NCBI GenBank assembly: GCA_031364845.1
Contig: JANLWX010000059.1
Coordinates: 1 to 10,159 of the forward strand
Direction of reading: 5' to 3'
DNA: 10,159 nucleotides
Source: Candidatus Eiseniibacteriota bacterium
GTDB taxonomy: Bacteria > Eisenbacteria > RBG-16-71-46
The notes below the pieces were generated by a model. It had not been told where the DNA came from, searched no databases, and saw only the letters and a program-made list of their open reading frames with translations. A program made the translations under genes and the position numbers. Of the stretch, positions 7,522 to 10,159 are shown in pieces. How positions within the stretch are numbered: the first letter of the stretch is position 1; every line of letters begins with the position of its first letter.

Positions 7522-8448
7522 ATGTCCCAAGTCACACCGGATGCGCGACGCGATGCGATCGCGCGCGTCCTGCTCGGAATCCTCGGACTCAACCTCGCGG
7601 TCGCCGTAGCGAAGCTGATCTACGGCTACCGTTCGGGCGCGATCGCGATCACCGCCGACGGTGTGCACTCGCTGCTCGATGGCGCCTCGAACGTGATCGG
7701 CCTCATCGGCATCGCGATCGCGCGCCGCCCGCCGGATTCCAATCATCCCTACGGCCATCGCAAGTACGAGACGTTCGCGGCCCTGGGCATCGCCGCGATG
7801 ATGTTCCTCGGCTGCTGGGAGATCCTCGCTGCGGCACTCGATCGCTGGCGTCATCCGCGGCTGCCGGACATCACGAACGCGGGCTTCGTCGTGCTCGGGG
7901 CGACGCTCGCGGTCAATCTGTTCGTGGTGTGGATCGAACGCCGCGAAGGACGCCGTCTTCAGAGCGAACTGCTGATTTCGGACGCCGCACACACGGGCAG
8001 CGACGTGCTCGCGAGCCTGCTGGTGGCGGCGAGTTTCACCGCCACGCGGTTCGGCGTCGCGTGGGCCGACCTCGCGGCCGCCGTCGTGATCGTGGTGCTG
8101 ATCGTGCGCGCGGGATTCGAGATCCTGCGCAACACGCTGTCGACGCTGTCCGACGAGCGGCGCATCGACCCGCGGCTGGTCGAAGCCGAGGCACTCGCCG
8201 AGCCGGGCGTGCTCGAGGCGCACAACGTGCGCTCGCGCGGTCCCGACGACGACATCCATCTCGATCTGCACGTGCTGGTCGATCCGCAGATGCCGATCTC
8301 GGACGCGCACCGCATCGGGCACCGCGTGGAAACCCGGCTGCGTCTGCGCTGGCCGGGCGTCACCGATGTGATCGTGCACGTGGAGCCGGGCCTCGACGAC
8401 GAACGCGGACGGCCGGGAGACGACGGTGGGTTGCGGGCCGAAGGCTAG
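7522..8448 (+). CDS. Cation diffusion facilitator family metal exporter (FieF/YiiP-like)
   Basis: Motifs DGVHSLLD, PPDSNHPYGHRKYE and DAAHTGSD, plus a C-terminal dimerisation domain (HNVRSR, DLHVLVD, DVIVHVEP). ATG 7522 chosen over TTG 7498. Confidence 0.93.
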   Translation: MSQVTPDARRDAIARVLLGILGLNLAVAVAKLIYGYRSGAIAITADGVHSLLDGASNVIGLIGIAIARRPPDSNHPYGHRKYETFAALGIAAMMFLGCWEILAAALDRWRHPRLPDITNAGFVVLGATLAVNLFVVWIERREGRRLQSELLISDAAHTGSDVLASLLVAASFTATRFGVAWADLAAAVVIVVLIVRAGFEILRNTLSTLSDERRIDPRLVEAEALAEPGVLEAHNVRSRGPDDDIHLDLHVLVDPQMPISDAHRIGHRVETRLRLRWPGVTDVIVHVEPGLDDERGRPGDDGGLRAEG

Positions 8449-8464
8449 GTTGAGCAGCGCGTCA

Positions 8465-9145
8465 TCACGCGGGGCTTCCGATCAACGGCTCGAGATGTTT
8501 CGCCAGCGCATCGCCGAGCGCCGAGAGCTGGCGGTCGAAGAAGTGCGTCCCGCCCTCTACGATCGCGAGTTCTTTGGGATCGGACCAGGTGGGATAATCG
8601 AGTTCGAGCGCTGAGAGCGGGCAGATGTCGTCGCCGGTGCCCTGGATCACGAGCTTCGGCACCGTGGAGGTGCGCATCGACTCGAAGCTCGACGTGCGCA
8701 CGCCGGGGGCGATCATGACGACGCGCTCGATCGCGGGCTCCGAGGCCGCAAGCCGCGCGGCGACCCACGCTCCGAACGAAAATCCGACGAGCCAGCGGCG
8801 CGCCTCGGGATGCCGCGCTTCGAGCCAGCGCAGCGCCGATCGCGCGTCTTCGAGTTCGCCCGCTCCCTCATCGTAGCGGCCCGCGCTGGTTCCGACGCCG
8901 CGGTAGTTGAAGCGCAGCACGACCACGCCGAGCTGGTGCAGCGTCGATGCGGCGCGATGGACGACTTTGTTGTGCAGGGTTCCGCCGTAGAGCGGATGCG
9001 GGTGGCACACGAGCGCGATGATGCGCGCCGGGTCGTGCTCACGTTCCTGCAGCAATCCTTCGAGCGGACCCGCGGGCCCCGGGATCGACAACGGGACGAG
9101 ACGCGAGATGCCGGGATCGGGCGCGGTCACCGGCCGGCAGCGCAT
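8465..9145 (-). CDS. Alpha/beta fold hydrolase (COG2945-like)
   Basis: Motifs CHPHPLYGGTLHNKVV and LRFNYRGVG, nucleophile elbow GFSFG, QGTGDD, GTHFF. The start may be the GTG at 9130. Confidence 0.9.
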   Translation of the reverse strand: MRCRPVTAPDPGISRLVPLSIPGPAGPLEGLLQEREHDPARIIALVCHPHPLYGGTLHNKVVHRAASTLHQLGVVVLRFNYRGVGTSAGRYDEGAGELEDARSALRWLEARHPEARRWLVGFSFGAWVAARLAASEPAIERVVMIAPGVRTSSFESMRTSTVPKLVIQGTGDDICPLSALELDYPTWSDPKELAIVEGGTHFFDRQLSALGDALAKHLEPLIGSPA

Positions 9146-9167
9146 GCGCGGGGACGCGGACGCATCC

Positions 9168-9653
9168 TCAACGCTTCGCGGGCTTGAACCGCGTCAACAG
9201 GCGATCGGCGAGCGCCGGATCGAGGGTCGCGAAGTTGAGTCCCGCGCCATCGCCAAGCGCGAGCATGCATCCGGTGTCGACCATCCACTCCTCGAGTCCG
9301 AGCGGCGTGGTGACCGAGAAGTCGTAGGCGTCGGTGCCGATGCGCCCTGGGAACGGTTCGAATTCATCGTTCCACTCCGAGCACAGGAACAGCTCGTCGC
9401 TGCCTTCGAACAGGCCGACCGACGAGAAGTGGTCGAGCTCGCCGGGCGCGATCAGGATGGCGCCGCGATGGCGTTCGGAACGGATGCCTTCGGCGCGCAG
9501 GCGGCGGCGCACCTCGGGCCACTCGCCCGGCTGCTCGTTGCCGTTGAGCAACGGAATCGCCGCCAGCTCGAAATGCGGCAACAGGTCCACGCCGGCATCG
9601 ATGATGTCGGAGACGGAGGCTTTCAGACAGCCATGCAGGAGACGTTGGTTCAC
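9168..9653 (-). CDS. Hypothetical soluble acidic protein
   Basis: Protein-like composition; fills the gap between two co-oriented genes; no family recognised. Start is GTG 9653 or ATG 9662. Confidence 0.7.
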   Translation of the reverse strand: MNQRLLHGCLKASVSDIIDAGVDLLPHFELAAIPLLNGNEQPGEWPEVRRRLRAEGIRSERHRGAILIAPGELDHFSSVGLFEGSDELFLCSEWNDEFEPFPGRIGTDAYDFSVTTPLGLEEWMVDTGCMLALGDGAGLNFATLDPALADRLLTRFKPAKR

Positions 9654-9660
9654 GTCGGGC

Positions 9661-9666
9661 ATCTTA
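9661..9666 (-). promoter_or_regulatory. Putative -10 element (TAAGAT) for a leaderless transcript
   Basis: TAAGAT lies 7 nt upstream of in-frame GTG 9653; no SD or -35 is visible. Confidence 0.35.
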
Positions 9667-9710
9667 GCGCGGACGATTCGTGAACCGCCAGCCGGGCATG
9701 AACCCTCGTT

Positions 9711-10159
9711 TCACTGCGGCTTTTCTGCTGGAACGATCAGCACCGGACAACGGACGCGGTGCCGCAGCGACGATGTTGTTTCGCCGTGGATCAAGTCGCC
9801 GAGCATGCGATGACCGTGGGAACCCGCGACCAGCAGATCCACGCGATGTTCCTGAATGAGCCGGGCGAGTTCGGCAGAGACATTGCCGAATCCGAGCAGG
9901 ACCTCGACGCTGATCCCGCGCTCACGGAAGCGCGCGGCAATGGACTCGAGCGCCGCCCGGTCCTCGCGCGACTCCTTGTCCGAAGTCTCGGGTCCGAGGT
10001 AGCGGCTGGCCGCGCTCTCGACCACGTGCATCAGCAGAAGTTCGGTGTCGCCGGGCCGGATCGCGCGCTGCAGATGTTCGAGCACCGCGTGATCGGAAGC
10101 ACCCAGCTCGAGCGCGACGGCGATGCGATGGTGCCCTTCCAACGACAGGACGGGTGCCG
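9711..10159 (-). CDS. Universal stress protein domain, 5'-truncated by the window; probably the C-terminus of an Nramp/MntH-USP fusion
   Basis: Motifs RIAVALE, LLLMHVVES, DLLVAGSHGHR..GDLIHGET, CPVLIV. The frame stays open to the window edge (APVLSLEGHH...). The fusion is inferred from resemblance to USP tails of Nramp proteins; the transporter part is not visible. Confidence 0.8.
   Translation of the reverse strand, partial: APVLSLEGHHRIAVALELGASDHAVLEHLQRAIRPGDTELLLMHVVESAASRYLGPETSDKESREDRAALESIAARFRERGISVEVLLGFGNVSAELARLIQEHRVDLLVAGSHGHRMLGDLIHGETTSSLRHRVRCPVLIVPAEKPQ

Overview
High-GC bacterial window. The T9SS-type C-terminal sorting domain and the GT-C gene suggest an FCB-group organism such as Ca. 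Eisenbacteria (inference only). The window opens with an apparently complete 1423-bp IS1202-family (ISNCY) insertion sequence at 2..1424. It has TGT...ACA 25-bp imperfect inverted repeats, an extra internal copy of a 17-bp motif at the right end, and an intact DDE transposase. Next come a GT-C (PMT/ArnT-like) membrane glycosyltransferase overlapping an AbgT-family transporter, a convergent lower-GC secreted repeat protein with a T9SS-like C-terminal domain, a TMEM220-family protein, a CDF metal exporter, an alpha/beta hydrolase, an unassigned ~161-aa protein and a USP domain running off the window edge (probably the tail of an Nramp/MntH-USP fusion). I found no CRISPR array, tRNA, rRNA or clearly new multi-gene system. 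The most notable signals are the IS end architecture and the compositionally atypical secreted repeat protein.
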